Shown here: positions 25,967-39,123 of the stretch, in pieces
Layout: every line of letters starts with the position of its first letter
Numbering within the stretch: position 1 is the first letter of the stretch
Source of the DNA: Escherichia coli
Lineage (GTDB): Bacteria > Pseudomonadota > Gammaproteobacteria > Enterobacterales > Enterobacteriaceae
DNA: 64,000 bases
Assembly: GCF_024502345.1 (NCBI RefSeq)
Contig: NZ_JALDNN010000001.1
Strand: one strand, 5' to 3'
Translations under genes and position numbers: made by a program
The notes under the pieces: generated by a model
What the model was told of the DNA's origin: nothing
The model's input: only the letters and a program-made list of their open reading frames with translations
Database searches by the model: none

Positions 25967-28900
25967 GTGCGCCTGATTATCACTTTTCTGATGGCCTGGT
26001 GCCTCAGTTGGGGGGCGTACGCCGCGACGGCCCCCGATAGCAAACAAATCTCACAAGAACTGGAGCAGGCAAAAGCGGCGAAACCCGCACAGCCGGAAGT
26101 CGTAGAGGCGCTCCAGTCTGCCTTAAATGCGCTTGAGGAACGAAAAGGTTCCCTTGAGCGCATCAAGCAATATCAAGAAGTTATTGATAATTATCCGAAA
26201 CTCTCCGCGACTCTTCGCGCGCAGTTAAACAACATGCGTGACGAGCCGCGCAGCGTGTCGCCGGGGATGTCTACCGACGCGCTGAATCAGGAAATTCTCC
26301 AGGTCAGCAGTCAGTTGCTGGATAAAAGCCGTCAGGCCCAGCAAGAGCAGGAGCGCGCCCGCGAGATTGCCGATTCGCTGAATCAACTGCCGCAACAGCA
26401 AACCGACGCCCGCCGTCAGTTAAACGAGATCGAGCGCCGCCTGGGAACGCTTACCGGCAATACTCCGCTCAATCAGGCACAAAATTTCGCGTTGCAGTCT
26501 GACTCTGCACGTCTTAAGGCGCTCGTTGATGAACTGGAGCTGGCGCAGCTGTCTGCCAATAACCGCCAGGAATTAGCGCGCTTGCGCTCTGAGCTGGCTG
26601 AAAAAGAGAGCCAGCAACTGGATGCGTATTTGCAGGCCTTACGTAATCAATTAAACAGCCAACGTCAGCTTGAGGCGGAGCGGGCGCTGGAAAGTACCGA
26701 ATTGCTGGCAGAAAACAGTGCCGATTTGCCGAAAGACATCGTCGCGCAATTCAAAATTAACCGCGAACTGTCGGCGGCTTTGAATCAACAGGCGCAGCGG
26801 ATGGATCTCGTTGCCTCGCAACAGCGTCAGGCTGCCAGCCAGACGTTACAGGTCCGGCAGGCGTTGAATACGCTGCGTGAACAGTCGCAATGGCTGGGAT
26901 CGTCCAACCTGCTCGGTGAAGCGTTGCGGGCGCAGGTGGCACGGCTGCCGGAAATGCCGAAACCACAACAGCTTGATACCGAAATGGCGCAGTTGCGTGT
27001 GCAACGGTTACGTTATGAGGATCTGCTTAATAAACAGCCGCTGCTACGGCAAATTCATCAGGCCGACGGTCAGCCGCTGACTGCCGAGCAAAACCGTATT
27101 CTCGAAGCACAGCTACGCACTCAGCGTGAGTTGCTGAACTCATTGTTGCAGGGTGGCGACACGCTACTACTGGAACTGACCAAGCTGAAAGTCTCCAACG
27201 GGCAACTGGAGGATGCGCTGAAAGAGGTGAACGAAGCGACGCACCGCTATCTGTTCTGGACCTCTGACGTGCGCCCGATGACCATCGCCTGGCCGCTGGA
27301 AATCGCCCAGGATCTGCGTCGTCTCATTTCGCTGGACACCTTCAGTCAGTTGGGCAAAGCCAGTGTGATGATGCTGACCAGCAAAGAGACGATTTTGCCG
27401 CTGTTTGGCGCGTTGATTCTGGTCGGTTGCAGTATTTACTCGCGCCGCTATTTTACCCGTTTTCTCGAACGTTCGGCGGCGAAAGTCGGCAAAGTGACTC
27501 AGGATCACTTCTGGCTGACGTTGCGCACTCTTTTCTGGTCGATTCTCGTCGCGTCACCGCTGCCGGTGCTGTGGATGACGCTGGGTTACGGCTTGCGCGA
27601 GGCGTGGCCTTATCCGCTGGCGGTCGCGATTGGCGATGGCGTAACAGCCACCGTGCCGCTGCTGTGGGTAGTGATGATTTGCGCTACTTTTGCCCGCCCG
27701 AACGGCTTGTTTATCGCTCATTTTGGCTGGCCGCGCGAACGTGTTTCTCGTGGGATGCGCTACTACCTGATGAGCATCGGGCTTATTGTGCCACTGATTA
27801 TGGCGCTGATGATGTTCGATAACCTCGACGACCGCGAATTTTCCGGTTCGCTGGGACGGCTTTGCTTTATCCTCATTTGCGGTGCGCTGGCGGTGGTCAC
27901 CCTCAGCCTGAAAAAGGCCGGGATACCGCTGTATCTCAACAAAGAGGGCAGCGGCGACAACATTACCAACCATATGCTGTGGAACATGATGATTGGCGCG
28001 CCACTGGTTGCCATTCTGGCGTCGGCGGTGGGTTATCTGGCAACGGCGCAGGCACTGTTAGCGAGGCTTGAAACCTCGGTTGCCATCTGGTTCCTGCTAC
28101 TGGTGGTTTATCACGTTATCCGCCGCTGGATGCTGATCCAGCGCCGCAGGCTGGCGTTTGACCGGGCGAAGCATCGCCGGGCAGAGATGTTAGCGCAACG
28201 CGCGCGTGGCGAAGAGGAAGCGCATCATCACAGTAGCCCGGAAGGGGCAATTGAAGTCGATGAAAGCGAAGTCGATCTCGATGCCATTAGTGCGCAATCC
28301 TTGCGGCTGGTGCGCTCAATTTTGATGTTGATCGCCCTGCTTTCGGTCATTGTGCTGTGGTCAGAAATCCATTCCGCTTTCGGCTTCCTCGAAAATATTT
28401 CGCTGTGGGATGTCACCTCCACGGTACAGGGCGTAGAAAGTCTGGAGCCAATTACCCTCGGTGCGGTGCTGATTGCCATTCTGGTGTTTATCATCACCAC
28501 GCAACTGGTGCGCAACCTGCCCGCGCTGCTGGAACTGGCGATTTTGCAGCACCTGGATTTAACGCCGGGTACGGGTTACGCCATCACCACCATCACCAAA
28601 TATCTGCTGATGCTGATTGGCGGGCTGGTCGGCTTCTCAATGATTGGTATTGAGTGGTCGAAATTGCAGTGGCTGGTTGCCGCGCTCGGTGTTGGTCTCG
28701 GTTTTGGTTTGCAGGAAATTTTCGCCAACTTTATCTCTGGCCTGATCATCCTGTTCGAAAAACCGATTCGCATTGGCGATACGGTAACGATCCGCGATCT
28801 TACTGGTAGCGTGACAAAAATTAACACCCGCGCCACCACCATCAGCGACTGGGACCGTAAAGAGATAATCGTGCCGAACAAGGCGTTTATTACCGAGCAG

Positions 28901-29290
28901 TTTATCAACTGGTCGCTCTCTGACTCGGTCACGCGCGTGGTATTGACGATTCCGGCCCCTGCCGATGCCAACAGTGAAGAAGTGACGGAAATCCTGCTCA
29001 CCGCAGCGCGTCGCTGCTCGCTGGTGATCGACAACCCGGCACCGGAAGTCTTCCTGGTGGATCTGCAACAGGGGATTCAGATTTTCGAGCTGCGTATTTA
29101 CGCCGCTGAGATGGGTCACCGTATGCCGCTACGCCATGAGATCCACCAGCTGATTCTGGCTGGCTTCCATGCCCACGGTATCGATATGCCATTCCCGCCC
29201 TTCCAGATGCGTCTGGAAAGCCTCAACGGTAAACAAACGGGGAGAACGCTGACGTCTGCGGGCAAAGGTCGTCAAGCGGGAAGTTTGTAA
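25967..29290 (+). CDS. mscM: Miniconductance mechanosensitive channel MscM (YjeP)
   Basis: 1107-aa ORF with a signal peptide, a long Q-rich coiled-coil periplasmic region, multiple TM segments and a C-terminal MscS-like domain. Confidence 0.93.
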   Translation: MRLIITFLMAWCLSWGAYAATAPDSKQISQELEQAKAAKPAQPEVVEALQSALNALEERKGSLERIKQYQEVIDNYPKLSATLRAQLNNMRDEPRSVSPGMSTDALNQEILQVSSQLLDKSRQAQQEQERAREIADSLNQLPQQQTDARRQLNEIERRLGTLTGNTPLNQAQNFALQSDSARLKALVDELELAQLSANNRQELARLRSELAEKESQQLDAYLQALRNQLNSQRQLEAERALESTELLAENSADLPKDIVAQFKINRELSAALNQQAQRMDLVASQQRQAASQTLQVRQALNTLREQSQWLGSSNLLGEALRAQVARLPEMPKPQQLDTEMAQLRVQRLRYEDLLNKQPLLRQIHQADGQPLTAEQNRILEAQLRTQRELLNSLLQGGDTLLLELTKLKVSNGQLEDALKEVNEATHRYLFWTSDVRPMTIAWPLEIAQDLRRLISLDTFSQLGKASVMMLTSKETILPLFGALILVGCSIYSRRYFTRFLERSAAKVGKVTQDHFWLTLRTLFWSILVASPLPVLWMTLGYGLREAWPYPLAVAIGDGVTATVPLLWVVMICATFARPNGLFIAHFGWPRERVSRGMRYYLMSIGLIVPLIMALMMFDNLDDREFSGSLGRLCFILICGALAVVTLSLKKAGIPLYLNKEGSGDNITNHMLWNMMIGAPLVAILASAVGYLATAQALLARLETSVAIWFLLLVVYHVIRRWMLIQRRRLAFDRAKHRRAEMLAQRARGEEEAHHHSSPEGAIEVDESEVDLDAISAQSLRLVRSILMLIALLSVIVLWSEIHSAFGFLENISLWDVTSTVQGVESLEPITLGAVLIAILVFIITTQLVRNLPALLELAILQHLDLTPGTGYAITTITKYLLMLIGGLVGFSMIGIEWSKLQWLVAALGVGLGFGLQEIFANFISGLIILFEKPIRIGDTVTIRDLTGSVTKINTRATTISDWDRKEIIVPNKAFITEQFINWSLSDSVTRVVLTIPAPADANSEEVTEILLTAARRCSLVIDNPAPEVFLVDLQQGIQIFELRIYAAEMGHRMPLRHEIHQLILAGFHAHGIDMPFPPFQMRLESLNGKQTGRTLTSAGKGRQAGSL

Positions 29291-29440
29291 TGCATGAAGC
29301 TGCCAAATGATGTCAACGTGGCTCATTTAGCAGCTTAACATCATCTTCAGTTATCACCGGCCCTGGAGAGTATCATCCATACGCATTACTTCCTGACAAC
29401 TCATCGCCGGAGAGACGATGAGTTGCAGGATTTCATATGA

Positions 29441-30943
29441 TCAGTCGAGAGCTAACTCAGGTTTATTCGCCATGCGACTGCAATAGTTCTGGTAAATCGC
29501 CATCGCTAACAGCGAGAAGAAGACAGGGCCGCCAATCATCCACAATGTGCTGTCCCAGTCTCCGGCTTCAACCACAGGCTGAATAATGGTGAAGACGTTC
29601 GCAAATGTCACCACCAGAACGACAACCACCGTCGCAATCATTGCCGACATACGCGTATTGAAAATCACAAACGGTCTGTCGAGATCCTGACGTGCTTTAA
29701 AGAATGGGAAAGCCAGCGCGAGGAACAGGTAAGGAAGCGTCATAGACACGTTCGCCATCAGCGTCAGCTTGTTAAAGAACGCCGATGCGGTACCGCCACC
29801 AAACGAAACCAGCAGGATGAAGACAGTAACCAACCCGCACTGCATCCACATGGCGATAGACGGCATCCCCATCGCATTCAGGCGCGTCATCGGTTCCGGC
29901 CACAACGCTTTCGGCGTTCCCTGGATGATGGCTTTCAGCGGTGAATAGCAAAGCGTAAAGAACGCACCGGTATAAGCGAGGAACATCGAAAGTCCGGTAA
30001 TACGCGCAAACCATACGCCCAGCGACAATGACGCTTCAGGAGACAAATGCAGTGCGTTACCCAGCGTCACCCCGAGGCTCTTCATCAGCACATAGGTAAT
30101 ATTGCCGAGGTTAACGGAACCATTACTTAATACCTGCTGCCAGTTTGTGCTGACGCCCCATAAAAATATTGCCAGCGAATAACCGATTGAAATAACAATA
30201 GCGGCAAAAACAATACCTTTGGCAAAGTTCTTTTCTGGATTTTCCGTTTTATCGACCAGACCACCAACCGCTTCAATTCCGCCATAGGCAAAAATAGCAA
30301 ATACCACAAACGATAGCATTGCCAGACCGGACTGATAACCCGGGTTCGGTGATGCAAGGAAATTAATATCCTGCGCGAAATGCCCACCATTTAATAACAA
30401 AATAGTAATGCTTACTAACAGCAATACTAAATTCAGACACATTACTGCAATACCGCCCACCGCAGTAATGCGGGCAATTTTATTAATCCCCTTTGAAGCA
30501 ACGACGGTGACCAGAATCATCCATGCCACTGCCAGCAGACCAACCACCTGCGTAGGCTCCAGTCCGGCAATACGCCAGTGCTGGGTCATGTCGCTACCAT
30601 AGAGGAATGTTGAGAACGGTACCCAAACTTTCGCGGAGGTGCTCACCATCCAGATGATATAAGAGGAAAACCACATAAACGTACCAATGAAGGCAAAACG
30701 TGGTCCGACACTATTATTCATCCAGGAATAGATACCGCCTTCTTCTTTGCGATAAGCAGCTCCCATTTCAGCCATCATTAAGGCGAATGGAATAAAGAAT
30801 AACAATGCAGAAAATATATAAAAGGGAATCGCACTATAACCCATTAAGTAATAAGCCGATGGGCTATTGGCAAATCCAAATACGGAAGTAAAGATCATCA
30901 ATATGAGTCCTATCAGACTCATCTTTTTTATCGTGTGAGGCAT
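29441..30943 (-). CDS. yjeM: YjeM, APC-superfamily amino-acid transporter
   Basis: ORF trimmed to MPHTIKKMSLIGLILMIFTSVFG (500 aa). The translation is polytopic membrane protein. Confidence 0.9.
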   Translation of the reverse strand: MPHTIKKMSLIGLILMIFTSVFGFANSPSAYYLMGYSAIPFYIFSALLFFIPFALMMAEMGAAYRKEEGGIYSWMNNSVGPRFAFIGTFMWFSSYIIWMVSTSAKVWVPFSTFLYGSDMTQHWRIAGLEPTQVVGLLAVAWMILVTVVASKGINKIARITAVGGIAVMCLNLVLLLVSITILLLNGGHFAQDINFLASPNPGYQSGLAMLSFVVFAIFAYGGIEAVGGLVDKTENPEKNFAKGIVFAAIVISIGYSLAIFLWGVSTNWQQVLSNGSVNLGNITYVLMKSLGVTLGNALHLSPEASLSLGVWFARITGLSMFLAYTGAFFTLCYSPLKAIIQGTPKALWPEPMTRLNAMGMPSIAMWMQCGLVTVFILLVSFGGGTASAFFNKLTLMANVSMTLPYLFLALAFPFFKARQDLDRPFVIFNTRMSAMIATVVVVLVVTFANVFTIIQPVVEAGDWDSTLWMIGGPVFFSLLAMAIYQNYCSRMANKPELALD

Positions 30944-31161
30944 GAAACCATCCTTCATTTCAGCGCGTGTATAAAACGCGCCCACTGAACTGCACTGCCC
31001 AACATTGAGCGGGCAGCGTAAAAACCAATACAGAATTGATACCTGGATGATATCAAATATCCAGTCTTAAATTGTGGCCTTTAGCGGAAAAATGAAAACA
31101 TATGCTACAGAATGGCGCTTATCACGCCATTCTTCGCTGTTAATTCAGTAATTTTTCAGAA

Positions 31162-32139
31162 TTATGCCCGGTCAACGCTAAAGGCGATGACTTCAGCCAG
31201 TGTCTCCGCACCCAGCGCCAACATAACCAGACGATCAACGCCTAATGCCACGCCGGAACAGTCAGGCATACCGACTTTCAAGGCTTCAATCAGATTCTGG
31301 TCAATGGGGTGCTGCGGCAAACCGCGCGCCGCGCGCTTACGGTTATCTTGTTCAAAGCGTTGTTGCTGCTCACGGGCATCCGTCAATTCATGGAAACCAT
31401 TCGCCAGCTCAATACCTTTATAATAAACCTCAAAGCGTTCAGCGACCCGATGATCTTCGGTACTGATTTGCGCCAGTGATGCCTGGCTGGCTGGAAAGTG
31501 GTACACAAAGGTCGGTTTTTCTTTACCAATATTTGGCTCTACGCCAAAGGTAAACAGCAATTGTAGCAACGTGTCGCGGTCTTCTTCGGTATCTGCAACG
31601 TTGCTCAAATCCAGTTTCGCTGCCACTTCCCGCAGTTGCGTTTTGTCGGCAGAGAGCGGGTCAATTTCCAGATAACGCAAGAAAGCTTGTTGATAAGAAA
31701 GGCTTTCTGCTGCCGGGCAGTCCAGCACCTGTTGTAAGAGATCGTCCACCTCGTTCATCAACCGGTACATATCATAGTGCGGTCGATACCACTCCAGCAT
31801 AGTGAACTCAGGGTTGTGATAACGCCCCATCTCTTCATTACGGAAGCTGCGGCACAGCTGGAATACCGGCCCACAACCGGCAACCAGCAGGCGTTTCATA
31901 TGGTATTCCGGGCTGGTCATTAACCAGAGATTCATCCCCTGCGAATGCCCGGGGCCAACGAAACGTGTCTCAAACGGGACCAAATGAATATCGGTTACCG
32001 TCGCCTGGCTCATACAAGGCGTCTCCACCTCCAGCACTCCACGATCGGCAAAGAAACGACGGATCTCCGCCATAATCGCCGCGCGTTTTAATAAGTTAGG
32101 AATGGATGCGCTCGGCTGCCAGGATGCCGTTTCGCTCAT
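31162..32139 (-). CDS. epmA: EF-P lysine34 (R)-beta-lysine ligase EpmA (PoxA/YjeA)
   Basis: ORF trimmed to [30 protein letters not shown] (325 aa). It has a class II LysRS-like catalytic core. Confidence 0.94.
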   Translation of the reverse strand: MSETASWQPSASIPNLLKRAAIMAEIRRFFADRGVLEVETPCMSQATVTDIHLVPFETRFVGPGHSQGMNLWLMTSPEYHMKRLLVAGCGPVFQLCRSFRNEEMGRYHNPEFTMLEWYRPHYDMYRLMNEVDDLLQQVLDCPAAESLSYQQAFLRYLEIDPLSADKTQLREVAAKLDLSNVADTEEDRDTLLQLLFTFGVEPNIGKEKPTFVYHFPASQASLAQISTEDHRVAERFEVYYKGIELANGFHELTDAREQQQRFEQDNRKRAARGLPQHPIDQNLIEALKVGMPDCSGVALGVDRLVMLALGAETLAEVIAFSVDRA

Positions 32140-32317
32140 AGTTAAATCTCCAGTTTTTGACAAGGGCACGAAGTCTACTCGCAACGCGACGGCGAGACAA
32201 ATTTTACGCAGGAATCAAACAACGGTGGGCAGTGACTAAAAAAAGCACGATCTGATGGTTTAGTAATTAAATTAATCATCTTCAGTGATAATTTAGCCCT
32301 CTTGCGCACTAAAAAAA

Positions 32318-32358
32318 TCGATCTCGTCAAATTTCAGACTTATCCATCAGACTATACT
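32318..32358 (+). promoter_or_regulatory. frdABCD promoter with FNR site
   Basis: TCGATCTCGTCAAA (32318-32331) resembles the FNR consensus TTGAT-N4-ATCAA. TATACT (32353-32358) is a -10 positioned for a class II (about -41.5) FNR promoter, and frd is a classic FNR-activated operon. Confidence 0.55.
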
Positions 32359-32463
32359 GTTGTACCTATAAAGGAGCAGTGGAATAGCGTTCGCAGACCG
32401 TAACTTTCAGGCACTTACCCTGAAGTACGGGGCTGTGGGATAAAAACAATCTGGAGGAATGTC

Positions 32464-34264
32464 GTGCAAACCTTTCAAGCCGATCTTGCCATTGTAGGCG
32501 CCGGTGGCGCGGGATTACGTGCTGCAATTGCTGCCGCGCAGGCAAATCCAAATGCAAAAATCGCACTAATCTCAAAAGTATACCCGATGCGTAGCCATAC
32601 CGTTGCTGCAGAAGGGGGCTCCGCCGCTGTCGCGCAGGATCATGACAGCTTCGAATATCACTTTCACGATACAGTAGCGGGTGGCGACTGGTTGTGTGAG
32701 CAGGATGTCGTGGATTATTTCGTCCACCACTGCCCAACCGAAATGACCCAACTGGAACTGTGGGGATGCCCATGGAGCCGTCGCCCGGATGGTAGCGTCA
32801 ACGTACGTCGCTTCGGCGGCATGAAAATCGAGCGTACCTGGTTCGCCGCCGATAAGACCGGCTTCCATATGCTGCACACGCTGTTCCAGACCTCTCTGCA
32901 ATTCCCGCAGATCCAGCGTTTTGACGAACATTTCGTGCTGGATATTCTGGTTGATGATGGTCATGTTCGCGGCCTGGTAGCAATGAACATGATGGAAGGC
33001 ACGCTGGTGCAGATCCGTGCTAACGCGGTCGTTATGGCTACTGGCGGTGCGGGTCGCGTTTATCGTTATAACACTAACGGCGGCATCGTTACCGGTGACG
33101 GTATGGGTATGGCGCTAAGCCACGGCGTTCCGCTGCGTGACATGGAATTCGTTCAGTATCACCCAACCGGTCTGCCAGGTTCCGGTATCCTGATGACCGA
33201 AGGCTGCCGCGGTGAAGGTGGTATTCTGGTCAACAAAAATGGCTACCGTTATCTGCAAGATTACGGCATGGGCCCGGAAACTCCGCTGGGCGAGCCGAAA
33301 AACAAATATATGGAACTGGGTCCACGCGACAAAGTTTCTCAGGCCTTCTGGCACGAATGGCGTAAAGGCAACACCATCTCCACGCCGCGTGGCGATGTGG
33401 TTTATCTCGACTTGCGTCACCTCGGCGAGAAAAAACTGCATGAACGTCTGCCGTTCATCTGCGAACTGGCGAAAGCGTACGTTGGCGTCGATCCGGTTAA
33501 AGAACCGATTCCGGTACGTCCGACCGCACACTACACCATGGGCGGTATCGAAACCGATCAGAACTGTGAAACCCGCATTAAAGGTCTGTTCGCCGTGGGT
33601 GAATGTTCCTCTGTTGGTCTGCACGGTGCAAACCGTCTGGGCTCCAACTCCCTGGCGGAACTGGTGGTCTTCGGCCGTCTGGCCGGTGAACAAGCGACAG
33701 AGCGTGCAGCAACTGCCGGTAATGGCAACGAAGCGGCAATTGAAGCGCAGGCAGCTGGCGTTGAACAACGTCTGAAAGATCTGGTTAACCAGGATGGTGG
33801 CGAAAACTGGGCGAAGATCCGCGACGAAATGGGCCTGGCAATGGAAGAAGGCTGCGGTATCTACCGTACGCCGGAACTGATGCAGAAAACCATCGACAAG
33901 CTGGCTGAGCTGCAGGAACGCTTCAAGCGCGTGCGCATCACCGACACTTCCAGCGTGTTCAACACCGACCTGCTCTACACCATTGAACTGGGCCACGGTC
34001 TGAACGTTGCTGAATGTATGGCGCACTCCGCAATGGCACGTAAAGAGTCCCGCGGCGCGCACCAGCGTCTGGACGAAGGTTGCACCGAGCGTGACGACGT
34101 CAACTTCCTCAAACACACCCTCGCCTTCCGCGATGCTGATGGCACGACTCGCCTGGAGTACAGCGACGTGAAGATTACTACGCTGCCGCCAGCTAAACGC
34201 GTTTACGGTGGCGAAGCGGATGCAGCCGATAAGGCGGAAGCAGCCAATAAGAAGGAGAAGGCGA

Positions 34265-34272
<8 letters not shown>
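32464..34272 (+). CDS. frdA: Fumarate reductase flavoprotein subunit
   Basis: 602-aa ORF with a GTG start and the FAD motif [11 protein letters not shown]. Confidence 0.97.
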
Positions 34273-35405
<1,133 letters not shown>

Positions 35406-35415
35406 GGAGCCTGAG

Positions 35416-36971
<1,556 letters not shown>

Positions 36972-36981
36972 AATTTCATCG

Positions 36982-37005
36982 GGTCCGAATTTTCGGACCT
37001 TTTCT
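36982..37005 (+). terminator. ampC rho-independent terminator
   Basis: The stem GGTCCGAA/TTCGGACC is followed by TTTTCT. Confidence 0.65.
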
Positions 37006-37059
37006 CCGCTTTTCCTTGCTGTCATCTACACTTAGAAAAAAACCAGTAAGGAAACATTT

Positions 37060-37593
37060 ATGCGCCTGCTCCCTCTCGTTGCCGCAGCGACAGCTGCATT
37101 TCTGGTCGTTGCCTGCAGTTCTCCTACGCCGCCGCGTGGCGTGACCGTAGTGAATAATTTCGACGCTAAACGCTATCTCGGTACCTGGTATGAGATTGCC
37201 CGTTTTGATCACCGCTTTGAACGTGGACTGGAAAAAGTCACCGCAACATACAGCCTGCGTGATGACGGCGGCCTGAATGTCATTAATAAAGGCTATAACC
37301 CTGACAGAGGAATGTGGCAGCAGAGTGAAGGGAAAGCGTACTTTACCGGCGTACCAACTCGCGCTGCGCTGAAAGTGTCATTCTTTGGTCCTTTCTATGG
37401 CGGTTATAACGTCATTGCACTTGATCGGGAATACCGCCATGCGCTGGTTTGCGGCCCGGACCGCGACTACCTGTGGATACTCTCCCGCACGCCAACCATT
37501 TCTGACGAAGTGAAACAGGAGATGCTGGCAGTCGCGACCCGGGAAGGGTTTGATGTCAGTAAGTTTATTTGGGTACAGCAGCCCGGTAGTTAG
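37060..37593 (+). CDS. blc: Outer-membrane lipocalin lipoprotein Blc
   Basis: 177-aa ORF with the lipobox LVVAC and the lipocalin motif [10 protein letters not shown]. Confidence 0.94.
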   Translation: MRLLPLVAAATAAFLVVACSSPTPPRGVTVVNNFDAKRYLGTWYEIARFDHRFERGLEKVTATYSLRDDGGLNVINKGYNPDRGMWQQSEGKAYFTGVPTRAALKVSFFGPFYGGYNVIALDREYRHALVCGPDRDYLWILSRTPTISDEVKQEMLAVATREGFDVSKFIWVQQPGS

Positions 37594-37907
37594 TGAGTGC
37601 TGAGTTTCAGACCAATAATCCCCAATACGATTAACGCCAGACTCGCCAGGCGCATCGGGTTAGCGGACTCACCGAGCAGTACAATGCCGGTGATGGCCGC
37701 GCCGACTGCGCCAATACCCGTCCACACGGCATAAGCCGTCCCTACTGGTAACGATTTCATCGCCCAGGCAAGTAGCGCCATACTGACAATCATCGCCGTC
37801 ACAGTAATAACACTCGGCGTCAAACGACTAAAGCCGTGGGTATATTTCAGGCCAACGGCCCATACCACTTCCAGCAGACCAGCAATAACTAAGATAATCC
37901 AGGACAT
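37590..37907 (-). CDS. sugE: SMR-family guanidinium exporter Gdx (SugE)
   Basis: ORF trimmed to [26 protein letters not shown] (105 aa). It has four TM segments and the conserved membrane Glu. Confidence 0.93.
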   Translation of the reverse strand: MSWIILVIAGLLEVVWAVGLKYTHGFSRLTPSVITVTAMIVSMALLAWAMKSLPVGTAYAVWTGIGAVGAAITGIVLLGESANPMRLASLALIVLGIIGLKLSTH

Positions 37908-37925
37908 ATCAGGCTCCGGAGAATT

Positions 37926-37970
37926 GGGGCCGTCCCCGGTGAAAAGACGCGTTTGCAGGTCGTCCTGCAA
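37926..37970 (-). ncRNA. Guanidine-II (mini-ykkC) riboswitch in the sugE leader
   Basis: The minus strand reads UUGCAGG-ACGA-CCUGCAA (37953-37970) and GGGG-ACGG-CCCC (37926-37937). These are two small hairpins with ACGR tetraloops directly upstream of a Gdx gene, the defining mini-ykkC architecture. Confidence 0.75.
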
Positions 37971-38082
37971 AGCTGATGGTTGAACGGATATTTTGCCAGG
38001 TGGCAGGGGAATTTCAACTATTACCTTTGTGACTATCGCAGAGAAAACAAACGGCACGACACAGCTGTCGTACCGTTATTGC

Positions 38083-38229
38083 TTATTGCTGCGCTTTCGT
38101 TGCTGCACCAGAAATCGCGTTACCGCCATCAGAAATGTCTTCACCAACGCCACGCGTGGTGTTGCAGGCAGTTAATACTGTTGAAAGCACCAGAACAGAA
38201 AAGATCGCTGCAATTGTCTTCTTCACCAT
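38083..38229 (-). CDS. ecnB: Entericidin B lipoprotein
   Basis: This gene is below the ORF-track size cutoff. My manual translation is [48 protein letters not shown], with the lipobox LTAC. Confidence 0.85.
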
Positions 38230-38275
38230 AACGTCTTCCTTTTAGGTAATGTTATTTATGTTTGCCTATAGCAAA

Positions 38276-38464
38276 TTAATAATAGACAACATCGCCAAAA
38301 ATGACGGAAATCTGATGATTTTTCGGAAGAGAAGAAAAATAGCTGGCAGCGCGAGAGATGGAGTTGCCGAGATGTTTGATGTCTTCGCCGAAACCGCGAG
38401 CGGTGTTACAGCCCGTGAGCAGCGTGCTGGCAAGCAAAACAAGAACGATAAGGCGTTTCATCAT
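38276..38464 (-). CDS. ecnA: Entericidin A lipoprotein, C-terminally extended allele (62 aa versus 41 aa in K-12 as I recall)
   Basis: The translation is MMKRLIVLVLLASTLLTGCNTARGFGEDIKHLGNSISRAAS followed by YFSSLPKNHQISVIFGDVVYY. TAT occupies the position (38339-38341) where K-12 terminates. Confidence 0.75.
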   Translation of the reverse strand: MMKRLIVLVLLASTLLTGCNTARGFGEDIKHLGNSISRAASYFSSLPKNHQISVIFGDVVYY

Positions 38465-38515
38465 CTCTGACCTGAATAAGTGATGGTGCAGCCTGCAGGC
38501 CGCACCATAACCGCA

Positions 38516-39082
38516 TTACTTCACGCGAGAGACGTATTCACCAGAGCGGGTATCCACTTTGATGACTTCGCCGATTTGTACGAACAGCGGAACTTTAACC
38601 ACAGCGCCAGTAGACAGGGTAGCCGGTTTGCCGCCAGTACCTGCGGTATCACCTTTCAGGCCCGGATCGGTATCAACGATTTCCAGTTCAACGAAGTTCG
38701 GCGGAGTAACGGAGATCGGCTGACCATTCCACAGAGTTACGATACACTCTGCCTGATCCAGCAGCCATTTAGCGTTATCGCCAATTGCTTTTGCATCAGC
38801 AGACAGCTGCTCGAAAGTTTCGTTGTTCATGAAGTGCCAGAACTCACCGTCGTTGTACAGGTAAGTCAGGTTCATATCGACAACATCAGCGCCTTCAGCG
38901 GAATCAGTAGATTTGAAGGTTTTTTCTACGCGAGTACCGGTCAGCAGACGACGCAGTTTAACGCGAGCAAATGCCTGGCCTTTACCCGGTTTTACGAATT
39001 CACTCGCTTCAACCGCGTAAGGTTCGCCGTCTAACATGATTTTAAGACCAGCACGAAAATCGTTGCTATAGTACGTTGCCAT
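38516..39082 (-). CDS. efp: Elongation factor P
   Basis: 188-aa ORF beginning [38 protein letters not shown], which includes the K34 loop. Confidence 0.97.
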
Positions 39083-39123
39083 AAGGCCCTCTGAAATTTG
39101 TTAATTGGTAGCTAAGCCACAAA

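Noticed and set aside
25022-26047. 341-aa ORF antisense to psd. Similar long antisense ORFs lie over frdA (33115-34116), rsgA (23759-24406), hflC (11326-12030), dcuA (48436-49221) and hflK (12450-13100).
   Set aside because: All lie opposite well-supported conserved genes and translate to low-complexity sequence. I found no independent evidence for expression.
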